Shown piece by piece: positions 1-9,481 of a DNA stretch of 49,349 nucleotides; positions within the stretch are counted from its first letter, which is position 1, and every line of letters begins with the position of its first letter. The DNA comes from an uncultured Bacilli bacterium (GTDB lineage: Bacteria; Bacillota_I; Bacilli_A; RF39; UBA660): assembly GCA_944332215.1 (NCBI GenBank), contig CALVJP010000052.1, positions 1 to 49,349 on the forward strand, read 5' to 3'. The translations under genes and the position numbers were made by a program. The notes beneath the pieces were generated by a model that made no database searches, had not been told where the DNA came from, and saw only the letters and a list, made by a program, of their open reading frames with translations.

Positions 1-1092
1 CAAGAGTGCCCACATTGTGAAGAAGAACAAGAATATTTAGAGCAAATTAAAGATCGTTATGGGGATAATGTTGACATAAAAAAGTATGAAGTGTGGCATA
101 ATACTAGTAACGATAAATTATTAACCAAAGTTCGAGAAGTGTTAAAAAATGATGATAAAGGTGTACCATATACAGTGATTGGGGATACTGGATTAACAGG
201 ATATAATGACAATGTTGCTAGTCAAATTACAAAACTAATTGCTCAAAATTTAAAAGATCCAACAATCGATGTCGTTAGTTATGTGGAACAAGGCAAGGAA
301 ATATCAGTAGCCGAGAACGAAAAAAAAATAGAGGACAGCTTTGTTAGTGTTCCTATTATTGGGGAAGTTGATGCTAAAAATGTTTCTTTACCATTAGTGG
401 CCGCAGTTCTTGGCTTAGTCGATGGGTTTAACCCATGCGCGATGTGGGTATTATTATTTTTAATTAGTATGCTTATCGGCATGAAAAACAAAAAAAGAAT
501 GTGGATTTTGGGCCTAACCTTCTTAGTAACTTCCGCTTTAGTCTATTTGCTTTTTATGGTAGCTTGGCTCCAAATTGCCGTCACCGCTTTACAACAAGTA
601 GTCCTTCGGACGTTAATTGCCATTGTAGCCATTATCGGTGGAGCTTTGAATCTGCGCACTTATTTAAAAAGTTTAGAAGATCCTAGTGGTTGTACCGTAG
701 TTTCTGATAAAAAACGACAAAAAATGTTTGCTAAAATAAAAAAATTCACGCATGAAAAAAGCTTTTTATTAGCTATATTGGGGGTAATTACTTTAGCTTT
801 TAGTGTGAATTTAGTTGAGCTAGCTTGTTCAGCCGGTTTACCGCTTTTGTTTACCAGTATTTTAGCTATGAACGAATTGACCGGTTTAGCTTATGCAATT
901 AACATACTTATTTATATTTTGTTTTTCCTAATTGATGATATTATAGTTTTTGTTATTGCCATGAAAACTTTAGAAGTGACAGGTATTTCAACCAAATATA
1001 GCAAATATGCCCATTTAATTGGGGGAATTATTATGTTAATAATTGGCGTTTTACTTATTTTTAAACCGGAGTGGATTATGTTTAATTTTTAA
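1..1092 (+). CDS. Thioredoxin-fold (CPHC) domain fused to a CcdA/DsbD-like thiol-disulfide membrane domain; the 5' end lies outside the window
   Basis: Frame 1 is open from base 1 (QECPHCEEEQEYLEQIK...), so the ATG at 91 in the ORF track is internal. A CxxC motif is encoded at 7-18. The C-terminal half is multi-TM with membrane Cys motifs GFNPCAMW and ELACSAGLP, typical of CcdA/DsbD-type proteins. Confidence 0.6.
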   Translation, partial: QECPHCEEEQEYLEQIKDRYGDNVDIKKYEVWHNTSNDKLLTKVREVLKNDDKGVPYTVIGDTGLTGYNDNVASQITKLIAQNLKDPTIDVVSYVEQGKEISVAENEKKIEDSFVSVPIIGEVDAKNVSLPLVAAVLGLVDGFNPCAMWVLLFLISMLIGMKNKKRMWILGLTFLVTSALVYLLFMVAWLQIAVTALQQVVLRTLIAIVAIIGGALNLRTYLKSLEDPSGCTVVSDKKRQKMFAKIKKFTHEKSFLLAILGVITLAFSVNLVELACSAGLPLLFTSILAMNELTGLAYAINILIYILFFLIDDIIVFVIAMKTLEVTGISTKYSKYAHLIGGIIMLIIGVLLIFKPEWIMFNF

Positions 1093-1158
1093 AAAAAATA
1101 TATTTTACTAATAAATATATTTTTTTGTGGCATGATATAAGTGGAAAGGTGTGATAAG

Positions 1159-1767
1159 ATGGAAGAAAAAAAGAACGATTCAAGTTTGATGGTTATCATT
1201 ATTGTCGGTGTGGTTTTAATTGCGGCAATTATTGGTTTTTTAATTTATAACCAAGCTAAAAATAATAAAGATGAAGTTACTGAGCCCAATACAGCAGAAA
1301 ACGGTAATGCTAACACCGAAAACTTAGATAACGAAGATGTCGCTGGAGCTTACCGTGGCACCTATACAACCACTGATGTGACTAATGATAAAGATGCTAC
1401 TGATACTGATGATACGGATATAGACGATATAACTAATGACCAGGATGCTACTGATGATAATGATACAGCAACTGGCACAACAAGTATTGAGTTAGTTCTT
1501 GATAAAGATGGCACGGCTAAATTTGCTAAAGGTGACGAAATTATGACAGGTAATTATACTATTACAAACCGCGTTATTTCGTTAGTTGTTTCGCGTGATG
1601 CTGATACGAATGATACTGATACAAATGCAGGAACAACAAATACGACAAATAAAACTTATAATTTTACCGTCAATACCGATGACACTTTATCTTACACTGA
1701 TGATGATAGTGCCAGACAGGTAACTTTAACAAAAACTAATAAAGATAATTTAGATTATATTAAATAA
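1159..1767 (+). CDS. Membrane-anchored hypothetical protein with an Asp/Thr/Asn-rich low-complexity ectodomain
   Basis: The RBS GGAAAGGTG precedes the ATG at 1159; the GTG at 1141 in the track lies inside the RBS. One N-terminal TM segment (LMVIIIVGVVLIAAIIGFLIY) is followed by TDTDDTDIDDITNDQDATDDNDT-type acidic repeats. I recognise no family. Confidence 0.5.
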   Translation: MEEKKNDSSLMVIIIVGVVLIAAIIGFLIYNQAKNNKDEVTEPNTAENGNANTENLDNEDVAGAYRGTYTTTDVTNDKDATDTDDTDIDDITNDQDATDDNDTATGTTSIELVLDKDGTAKFAKGDEIMTGNYTITNRVISLVVSRDADTNDTDTNAGTTNTTNKTYNFTVNTDDTLSYTDDDSARQVTLTKTNKDNLDYIK

Positions 1768-1791
1768 TAGAGAAATATCTCTATTATTTTT
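1767..1791 (+). terminator. Rho-independent terminator
   Basis: ATAGAGA-aata-TCTCTAT hairpin followed by TATTTTT. Confidence 0.5.
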
Positions 1792-1910
1792 AAATAAGAA
1801 GGTTTTTAATAGTCATGATATGGACAAATTAATCATAAAGATAATTAGTATAAAAATTTAAATCATAGATTTTTTTCTTTATTTCCTGTATAATGGAAAA
1901 CGGTGATACT

Positions 1911-3218
1911 ATGTTTGAAAATTTAGGTGAAAGATTACAAAACGCTTTAAATAAAATTAAAGGATATGGGAAGATAACTGATGATAATATTAGTGAAGTA
2001 ACTCGAGAAATTAGATTAGCTCTATTGGAAGCCGATGTTAATTATAAAGTCGTTAAGGAATTTATTAGTAATGTTAAAGCAAAAGCTTTAGGCGAAGAGG
2101 TTCAAAAAAGTTTAAAGCCTGGAGAGGTTTTTGTTAAGATCGTCCGCGATGAATTAGTTGACTTATTAGGTAAGGAAGATGAACCATTAATTGTGATAAA
2201 ACCTTTAACCGTTTTAATGATGGCGGGCTTACAAGGTAGCGGTAAAACAACTACAGTAGGGAAACTGGCTTTGTTATTGCGCAAAAAATACGGCTTAAAG
2301 CCTTTAATGGTGGCTTGTGATGTATATCGTCCGGCAGCTATTGATCAGCTTAAACAATTAGGGAAAGAATTAAATATTGAAGTTTATAGTGAAGGAAAGA
2401 AAGACCCAGTAGAAATTGCTAAAAATGCCGTCGAATATGCCAAAAAAAATGGTTTTAATTATGTGCTTATCGATACAGCTGGCCGTTTACATATCGATGA
2501 AGAATTGATGATAGAGCTAGAGAATATTATTAAGGCAACTAATCCAAATGAAATATTATTAGTTGTTGATAGTATGACGGGTCAAGATGCGGTTAATGTC
2601 ATCGAAGGCTTTAATAGTAGGTTAGGGTTAACGGGTGCAGTATTGACTAAATTAGATGGTGATACTAAAGGTGGGGCAGCTTTGTCTATTCGTCATTTAA
2701 CCGATATTCCGATTAAGTTTATCGGTGTTAGTGAAAAGATGGATGGCCTTGAGAAATTTCATCCTGAACGGATGGCTAACAGGATTTTAGATATGGGCGA
2801 TCTGATGAGCATGGTTGAAAAAGCTGAGGCTTTGCTGGATGATGAAGAAGCGATGAAAGCTGCCGAAAAAATGCAAAAGGGCAAATTTGATTTGGAGGAC
2901 TTTTTAATCCAATTAAATCAAATGAAAAAATTGGGACCTTTGGAAAACATTTTGAAAATGCTACCTGGTGCAAAAAAAATGGGACTTAATAATATTAATA
3001 TTGATCCAAAACAAATGGCTCACATTGAAGCAATAATTTTATCAATGACTCCGAGTGAAAGACGTAATCCTGATCTTTTAAAAGCTAGTCGCAAACGTAG
3101 GATTGCTGCTGGTAGTGGCCGAACTGTAGAAGAAGTTAACCGTTTGCTTAAGCAATTCGAACAAATGAAAGTGATGATGAAAAAGTTTAAAAATGGTAAT
3201 TTTAATTTACCTTTCTAA
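1911..3218 (+). CDS. ffh: Signal recognition particle protein Ffh
   Basis: MFENLGERLQ N-terminus, GLQGSGKTTT P-loop, DTAGR and TKLDGD GTPase motifs, and a Met-rich M domain. The ATG at 1893 overlaps a TATAAT -10 element (1889-1894), so 1911 is the likelier start. Confidence 0.95.
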   Translation: MFENLGERLQNALNKIKGYGKITDDNISEVTREIRLALLEADVNYKVVKEFISNVKAKALGEEVQKSLKPGEVFVKIVRDELVDLLGKEDEPLIVIKPLTVLMMAGLQGSGKTTTVGKLALLLRKKYGLKPLMVACDVYRPAAIDQLKQLGKELNIEVYSEGKKDPVEIAKNAVEYAKKNGFNYVLIDTAGRLHIDEELMIELENIIKATNPNEILLVVDSMTGQDAVNVIEGFNSRLGLTGAVLTKLDGDTKGGAALSIRHLTDIPIKFIGVSEKMDGLEKFHPERMANRILDMGDLMSMVEKAEALLDDEEAMKAAEKMQKGKFDLEDFLIQLNQMKKLGPLENILKMLPGAKKMGLNNINIDPKQMAHIEAIILSMTPSERRNPDLLKASRKRRIAAGSGRTVEEVNRLLKQFEQMKVMMKKFKNGNFNLPF

Positions 3219-3381
3219 GTATATTTTAAAGAATAAATATTGTGTAGCCTGTTAAGTAAAGAGTATATTCACGGTGAATATGCTTTTTTTGATATGAAAT
3301 TTAAATAAAGATTAAAATAATAGTTACTAGCTCATCACTTTTTTTACTGACTTCATAGAATAATGTGGAAGGAGGAAAAAA

Positions 3382-4149
3382 GTGAACGAAAATATTAATA
3401 ACAACCAAGATGAATGTTTATGTAAAGTTATAGACTGTATAAATAATGGAGGTAGGTGCTGTCCAACTGGTCCAACGGGACCTAAAGGCCCAACTGGCCC
3501 AACTGGTCCTAAAGGACCAACTGGAGCAACCGGAGCAACTGGATTACAAGGTCCAACTGGAGCAACCGGAGCAACAGGTCCAACTGGAGCAACTGGATTA
3601 CAAGGACCAACTGGAGCAACCGGAGCAACAGGTCCAACCGGAGCAACTGGATTACAAGGGCCAACTGGAGCAACCGGAGCAACAGGGCCAACTGGGCCTG
3701 CTGGTGCAGATCTAAACAGTTATGCCATGGTTCATGATGAAACTGATTCTATGGTAGGCTCTGGTCAACCAATAATGTTCCAAACAACTAATATTTCTAA
3801 CAAAATTACGTATAATCCAAATACTGGTGACTTTTACATTCCAGAAGATGGAATTTATATTGTTCATTGGTGGATTAATGCAAGACATAGCGATAATAAA
3901 AACTCAAACTGTGAGCCAAAAGCATTAGGCATTGAATTTCATCAATTCTGGCCAACTGATATTCTAATTGCTCATTCTTCAACCCACAATAGATTAACAT
4001 GCTGCGATACAGGTACTATTAGTGGTAATGCTATTTTTGAAGCTAAAGCTGGCACGAGTTATCGTTTTATAAATACATCTGAAGTTGATTTTAGATTAGT
4101 TCCTAATGATTTATATTCTGGAGCTGTATCAATCACAAGAATCGTATAA
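3382..4149 (+). CDS. Collagen-like triple-helix repeat protein, BclA-like (Cys-rich N-terminus, GXY stalk, globular C-terminal domain)
   Basis: AGGAGG lies 6 nt before the GTG start. By hand count there are 27 uninterrupted Gly-X-Y triplets (GPT/GPK/GAT/GLQ), followed by a C-terminal domain of about 145 aa. The architecture resembles Bacillus exosporium BclA and C1q/TNF-like collagen proteins. Confidence 0.8.
   Translation: MNENINNNQDECLCKVIDCINNGGRCCPTGPTGPKGPTGPTGPKGPTGATGATGLQGPTGATGATGPTGATGLQGPTGATGATGPTGATGLQGPTGATGATGPTGPAGADLNSYAMVHDETDSMVGSGQPIMFQTTNISNKITYNPNTGDFYIPEDGIYIVHWWINARHSDNKNSNCEPKALGIEFHQFWPTDILIAHSSTHNRLTCCDTGTISGNAIFEAKAGTSYRFINTSEVDFRLVPNDLYSGAVSITRIV
3469..3711 (+). 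repeat. In-frame tandem repeat encoding the GXY stalk; the 54-bp unit encodes [18 protein letters not shown]
   Basis: Near-identical 54-bp units lie at 3550-3603 and 3604-3657, with partial copies on both sides. This repeat also produces the spurious alternative-frame ORFs 3446..3715 (+) and 3509..3691 (-). Confidence 0.9.
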
Positions 4150-4187
4150 TTAATTACAAAAGCAATATATTAAAAGAAAATTCGACT

Positions 4188-4225
4188 AAAGACTATTAGC
4201 TAATCGTTAATAGTCTTTTATTTTT
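4188..4225 (+). terminator. Rho-independent terminator after the collagen-like gene
   Basis: An 11-bp stem (AAAGACTATTA / TAATAGTCTTT) with a 9-nt loop, followed by TTATTTTT. Confidence 0.7.
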
Positions 4226-4461
4226 GGTGAATATAGTCAAGCAAACTATTTAGTAATAATATAAGTGTAATTAAACCATTATTTTTAAATCAAATAGATT
4301 TAATTTAAAAATAAACAACATTATTAAAACATAAAATAGAAAATAAATAGCTTAAATGTGATATAATTTTATTAGAAAGAGTATTGAATGAAACCACCAT
4401 ATGAATAATGCGACATAACAAATAAATAGAAATACTTATATAATATGAGGAAGGTGATAAA

Positions 4462-6072
4462 ATGACAGATTTGGAAATAGCAAGTAATAGTCATAAAAAA
4501 AATATCAGAGAAGTTGCTGCGGGAATTGGACTTAAAGAAAATGAGATAATTTGTTATAATACAGATAAGGCAAAAATCATGATCGAAAAAAAGGACAAAA
4601 AGGGAAAACTAATTTTAGTTACAGCCATTAATCCGACACCTTATGGCGAAGGTAAAACAACAGTCAGTATTGGGCTAGCTGATGCCTTAAAAAAACTTAA
4701 TAAAAGTGTAATTGTTTGTTTGCGCCAGCCTTCAATGGGTCCAGTTTTTGGGCTAAAAGGAGGAGCAACTGGTGGTGGCATGTCCCAAGTTGTACCTATG
4801 GATGAAATCAATTTACATTTTACCGGGGATTTTCATGCTATAACAGCAGCTAACAATTTATTATGTGCTGCGATTGATAACCATATTTGGCGAGGCAATA
4901 AACTTGGAATTAAAGAAGTGACCTTTAATCGCTGTTTAGATGTCAATGACCGAGCTTTAAGAAATACCATCATTTCACTAAAAGATCATGAAAGATACGA
5001 TAAATTCAATATTACAGCGGCTAGTGAAATTATGGCCTTATTTTGCTTGGCTTCTTCCTTAGAAGATTTAAAACAAAAATTAGGAAATATAATCATTGGT
5101 TACAATATGGATGATAATCCGGTGTTTGCTCGAGAGCTTAAAATAGAAGGCGCTTTAACAGTAATATTAAAAGATGCTTTCCTACCTAATTTAGTGCAAA
5201 CTTTAGAAAACACCCCAGCCATTATACATGGCGGTCCCTTTGCCAATATCGCACATGGTTGTAATAGCGTTAAAGCAACTAACTTATCTCTTACTTTAGC
5301 TGATTATGTAGTGACGGAAGCAGGGTTTGGAGCCGATTTAGGAGCCGAGAAATTTTTAGATATAAAATGTAAAAATAATAATTTAGCTCCCAAGGCCATT
5401 GTTTTGGTAGCCACCGTTAAAGCTTTAAAGTATAATGGCACTGGTACAAGTGAAATGCTTAAATTGCAATCCGGTTTAGCCAATTTAGAAGTCCATCTTG
5501 ACAATTTAAAACAATACGGTGTACCGATAGTTGTATGTATCAATCGCTATACCGACAATACCGATGAAGAAATAAATTGTATTAGAGAATTTTGCTTAAC
5601 TAAACAAATTCGCGTGGAAACCAGTACAGCTTATGTCGATGGTGGCCAAGGCGCTTTAGAGTTAGCTAAGGCTGTTATAGAAAAGGTCGAAATAGATAGT
5701 CAGTTTAAACCTTTATATGACGATCAGGAAACTATAAAAGATAAAATTTATAAAGTAGCGACAAAAATTTATCATGCCAATACCGTTCATTATACTGACG
5801 AAGCTTTAGAAATGATAAAGAAAATCGAAAGTTGGAATTTGGATAAATTACCCATTTGTATAGCCAAGACACAATATTCCATTTCAGATGACCCAGATAA
5901 ATTAGGTTATCCTCAAAATTTCACCGTCACAGTAAAAGATATAAAATTATATAATGGAGCTGGGTTTATTACCGTTTTACTTGGTAATATTATGACAATG
6001 CCTGGCCTACCTTCCGTGCCTAATTATGAAAAAATCGATATTGTTAACGAAAATATAGTCGGTATTTTTTAA
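4462..6072 (+). CDS. fhs: Formate-tetrahydrofolate ligase
   Basis: Full-length match to the Fhs pattern: TDLEIA N-terminus, PTPYGEGKTTVSIGL nucleotide-binding loop, and a conserved C-terminus. Confidence 0.95.
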   Translation: MTDLEIASNSHKKNIREVAAGIGLKENEIICYNTDKAKIMIEKKDKKGKLILVTAINPTPYGEGKTTVSIGLADALKKLNKSVIVCLRQPSMGPVFGLKGGATGGGMSQVVPMDEINLHFTGDFHAITAANNLLCAAIDNHIWRGNKLGIKEVTFNRCLDVNDRALRNTIISLKDHERYDKFNITAASEIMALFCLASSLEDLKQKLGNIIIGYNMDDNPVFARELKIEGALTVILKDAFLPNLVQTLENTPAIIHGGPFANIAHGCNSVKATNLSLTLADYVVTEAGFGADLGAEKFLDIKCKNNNLAPKAIVLVATVKALKYNGTGTSEMLKLQSGLANLEVHLDNLKQYGVPIVVCINRYTDNTDEEINCIREFCLTKQIRVETSTAYVDGGQGALELAKAVIEKVEIDSQFKPLYDDQETIKDKIYKVATKIYHANTVHYTDEALEMIKKIESWNLDKLPICIAKTQYSISDDPDKLGYPQNFTVTVKDIKLYNGAGFITVLLGNIMTMPGLPSVPNYEKIDIVNENIVGIF

Positions 6073-6296
6073 AAACGTGAATTATAAAAGCAATTATGAG
6101 TAATGCCCATTATTGCTTTTATCTTGGCTAAAATATACTGCTAGAATCAAACAATAATACATATTAAAGACCAGACCAAATGTCCAAATTACAGCAAATA
6201 GAAAAATCAAGGATAATTTTAATTTTTTTTGACATTTACTTTTCATTTTTTTAAAAATATAGTATAATTAAAATAATATTGTAGGAGATGATGGTA

Positions 6297-7538
6297 ATGG
6301 AGCATGTGTACGCAAGCATTGACCTCGGTAGCGACACAATAAAAATTGTCGTTTGTGAACTATTCAAAAACCGTTTAAACTTGCTAGCAGCGGCTTCAGC
6401 CCCGGCTTCTGGAATAAAAAAAGGTCTCATAACAGATCCGTTAAAAGTAAAAGAAGCCATTGAAAAAGCCCTTAAAGAAGTTGAAGATATGCTTGGAATT
6501 AAAATAACTAAAGTGTTAGCCACCGTACCAAGCTATCAAGCTGAATATAAAATAATTAAAGGTGAGTGCCAAGTGCTCGGCGATACCATCACCGCTAAAG
6601 ATATTAATAATGCCTATAAAGCTAGTTTAAAAGGAGCGATAAGCTCTGATAAGGAATTTGTTAACATCGTGCCGGTGGATTTTAAATTAAATGATAAAAC
6701 CGTCATGAAAGACCCTAAAGGATTTCCGGCCTCTAAACTTTTGGCTCGAGCAATGCTTATTATGACTCCCAAAAAAAACGTTTATTCCGTCGCCAGTGTT
6801 CTGGAAAGCTTAGGCATCGAAATTGTGGATATTTCAGTTAGCAGTGTTGGTGATATGAATTGTTTTAAAAATGAAAAAACTGAAAATAGTATTGGAGCCA
6901 TTATTAACGTTGGAGCAGAAGCGACGACAGTTAGCCTTTATAATAAAGGCATTCCCGTTGGGACCAAAATCATTGGCATGGGTGGTAAAGACATCGATAG
7001 TGATATTGCCTATATGTATAGAATTGATATTAACGAAGCCAAAAAAATCAAAGAAAAATTTGCGTTAGCTCATAAACGCGGCGCGAACATAAACGATACT
7101 TATGAGGCCACTAATTTAAATGGCGAAAAAGTAAAAATCAATCAATTAGAAGTTTCAGAAGTAGCAATGAGCCGTGCCGAAGAAATATTAACTTTGGCAA
7201 AAAATGAAATTAACCTCTTAACAAATAGACCAATTCAGTATATAATAGTAACTGGCGGCGTAGCCAATATGCTTAATTTTGAATATACTGCTCAAAGTGT
7301 ATTTGGCAATATTGCTCAAATAGGTAGTATTAATACTATCGGGGTGAGAAATGATAAGTACAGTACAGCCCTTGGCAATATTATTTATTTCATTGGTATG
7401 CTAAAATTAAAGGGGCAAAATTATACAATGCTCAGTAATGATGATATGGAAGTGTTATCATCACCTGATAAGCATTTTATAAACACTTCAAATGACACAA
7501 TGCTCGGTAAAGTATTCGGTTACTTTTTCGGCGAATAG
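6297..7538 (+). CDS. ftsA: Cell division protein FtsA
   Basis: Actin-like ATPase motifs ([19 protein letters not shown]). It sits immediately upstream of ftsZ. ATGs at 6288, 6291 and 6297 are all in frame, and 6297 has the best spacing from the GGAG at 6284-6287. Confidence 0.9.
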   Translation: MEHVYASIDLGSDTIKIVVCELFKNRLNLLAAASAPASGIKKGLITDPLKVKEAIEKALKEVEDMLGIKITKVLATVPSYQAEYKIIKGECQVLGDTITAKDINNAYKASLKGAISSDKEFVNIVPVDFKLNDKTVMKDPKGFPASKLLARAMLIMTPKKNVYSVASVLESLGIEIVDISVSSVGDMNCFKNEKTENSIGAIINVGAEATTVSLYNKGIPVGTKIIGMGGKDIDSDIAYMYRIDINEAKKIKEKFALAHKRGANINDTYEATNLNGEKVKINQLEVSEVAMSRAEEILTLAKNEINLLTNRPIQYIIVTGGVANMLNFEYTAQSVFGNIAQIGSINTIGVRNDKYSTALGNIIYFIGMLKLKGQNYTMLSNDDMEVLSSPDKHFINTSNDTMLGKVFGYFFGE

Positions 7539-7549
7539 GAGGAAAAATA

Positions 7550-8611
7550 ATGTTTGGATTAGAAATGGACCAATTAGCAAAAATAAAAGTAATAGGAATC
7601 GGTGGTGGCGGAAATAATGCTGTAAACCGAATGATTGAATCAGGAGTACAAGCTGTAGATTTTATTGTGGCCAATACTGATTCACAAGTTTTGAATAACT
7701 CGTTAGCAGAAACCAAAATTCAAATGGGTGAACAATTAACAAATGGCCTTGGTGCCGGAGCTAACCCTCAAATAGGTAAGGAAGCCGCTTTAGAGTCAAA
7801 AAATGAAATTGAAGAAGCGTTGAAAGATGCCGATATGGTATTTATTACTTGTGGCATGGGGGGAGGAACCGGTACTGGTGCTGCTCCAGTGGTCGCTGAT
7901 ATTGCTCAAAGTCAAGGCGCTTTAACCGTTGGAATAGTAACTAAACCATTTTCCTTTGAAGGTAAAAAAAGAATGGAACAAGCTTTGGAAGGAATTGCTG
8001 AACTTAAAAAACATGTCGACACTTTAATTGTAGTCCCTAATGATAGATTAAGAGAAATCATTGATAAAACGACACCTTTACTTGACTCATTTAAAGAAGT
8101 AGATAATGTGTTAAGACGTGGGGTACAGTCTATTTCTGATTTAATTGCCGTAGCCGGACTTATTAACTTAGACTTTGCCGATGTCAAAGCCGTAATGGAA
8201 AAACGTGGAGATGCTTTAATTGGTATCGGTGCTGGTGTTGGTGAAGATAGAGCCGTTGAAGCCGCTAATCAAGCTGTTTTAAGTCCTTTGTTGGAAACCA
8301 GCATTGATGGAGCAACTGATGCTATTATTAACGTCACTGGCGGTCCAAATTTAACTTTATTTGAAGTTGAAGAAGCCGTAGAAGCTATTAGAAAGTCAGC
8401 TAATACAGATATTAATACTATTTTCGGAGCCGTAATTAATGAAAACTTTACTGACGAAATTATCGTAACTGTTATTGCCACTGGCTTTGATGATAAAGAA
8501 GAGGCTCCATCACATGCTAGTAAAGAGGAAGATTCAATAATGTCCCTAGATATTGATGACGATGATTCAGTGATCCCTGCTTTCCTAAGAAAAAGAGGAA
8601 GTATAAATTAA
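7550..8611 (+). CDS. ftsZ: Cell division GTPase FtsZ
   Basis: [13 protein letters not shown] and the [11 protein letters not shown] tubulin signature. AGGAGG RBS. Confidence 0.97.
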   Translation: MFGLEMDQLAKIKVIGIGGGGNNAVNRMIESGVQAVDFIVANTDSQVLNNSLAETKIQMGEQLTNGLGAGANPQIGKEAALESKNEIEEALKDADMVFITCGMGGGTGTGAAPVVADIAQSQGALTVGIVTKPFSFEGKKRMEQALEGIAELKKHVDTLIVVPNDRLREIIDKTTPLLDSFKEVDNVLRRGVQSISDLIAVAGLINLDFADVKAVMEKRGDALIGIGAGVGEDRAVEAANQAVLSPLLETSIDGATDAIINVTGGPNLTLFEVEEAVEAIRKSANTDINTIFGAVINENFTDEIIVTVIATGFDDKEEAPSHASKEEDSIMSLDIDDDDSVIPAFLRKRGSIN

Positions 8612-8677
8612 GTAGAAAATTTCTACTTTTTCTTTGTCTTAATTTGTGTTACAATAAAAAACTGGAGGTAGTGCCTG

Positions 8678-9394
8678 ATGAACAATATTATATTTACTTA
8701 TAACGGGGTTGATATTTTAAAAGATGAGGAAGTTGTTTTAGACCTTAAAACAGTTATAGATTTAGAAAATTCACTATTTTATTTTAGTAATAATGAGGAT
8801 GAAAATTTGTTATTAGATAAAGTGGGCCGCAATGTTAGTTATTTATTTGTATATGGTATGGCTGGTTTAACTGGGGCCGCCATTACTCTATATATGCAAA
8901 ATAGTAATCCTTTCGCCCTTCTATTAACAGCCATGGGTAGCTTTGGAACTTATGCCAGCGCCAAGTATGCTTTTTTAAATAGCATGGCTGTGAAAAAACG
9001 GAAAGTCGATTTAGCTCAATTTGAAGAAGTGCATTCAAAGCTTAGGGAAAAGCTAGACTTAGAGGGAAGAATTAAAAATCTTAAAGAAATACCAGCTGAT
9101 AATTTCCAAGCAATAATTGATTATACGCAGAAATTCAATGATTACTATGAAAAAGCAGAAAGACGATTTAAGATTTTTGCTATTACTAATACCATTTTAG
9201 CAACCGGCAGTTTTGTATTAACCGCTAATTTAGGGGCCATAAATAATGAGCCTTTAATGGTGGGGTTATCTTTAACTACATTTATTTTGGGGGCTTTTTT
9301 TAGCCGCGAAGCAGTTAATGATATAAAAGATCATAGTAAAGTAAAAAGAAAACTAAAACAAATTCCCAAACTAAACCTACAAAATAAGCAATAA
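8678..9394 (+). CDS. Hypothetical membrane protein (TM pairs flanking a charged coiled segment)
   Basis: A GGAGG RBS lies 9 nt upstream. The protein has hydrophobic segments and a central KRKVDLAQFEEVHSKLREKLDLEGRIKNLKE helix. I recognise no family. Confidence 0.5.
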   Translation: MNNIIFTYNGVDILKDEEVVLDLKTVIDLENSLFYFSNNEDENLLLDKVGRNVSYLFVYGMAGLTGAAITLYMQNSNPFALLLTAMGSFGTYASAKYAFLNSMAVKKRKVDLAQFEEVHSKLREKLDLEGRIKNLKEIPADNFQAIIDYTQKFNDYYEKAERRFKIFAITNTILATGSFVLTANLGAINNEPLMVGLSLTTFILGAFFSREAVNDIKDHSKVKRKLKQIPKLNLQNKQ

Positions 9395-9481
9395 CAAATT
9401 ATTACAAGATAGATAATTCTATCTTTTTTTTCGACAAAACTTTGGGAAGATAGTAGGATACAATTAATGGTGGTGATAGTT

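Noticed and set aside
1380-1470. Repetitive GAT/ACT-rich DNA, checked for a CRISPR-like or minisatellite structure. The window as a whole was also checked for CRISPR arrays, tRNA/rRNA genes, IS elements and integrases.
   Set aside because: The repetition here is codon-level (Asp/Thr runs) inside a CDS and is not a repeat-spacer array. I saw no direct repeats with unique spacers, no tRNA-like T-arm motifs, and no transposase or integrase-like ORFs anywhere in the window.
3446-3715. An 89-aa + strand ORF and the 60-aa minus-strand ORF (3509..3691) inside the collagen-like gene.
   Set aside because: Both are alternative-frame read-throughs of the 9-bp and 54-bp periodic GXY repeat. They give low-complexity Q/L/E-rich products, have no RBS, and lie fully inside a well-supported CDS.
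4226-4461. A possible riboswitch (ZTP/pfl or THF type) in the long AT-rich leader upstream of fhs.
   Set aside because: The interval is almost entirely A/T with no GC-rich conserved cores or pseudoknot-forming segments. I see only an extended -10 promoter (TGTGATATAAT near 4357-4367).
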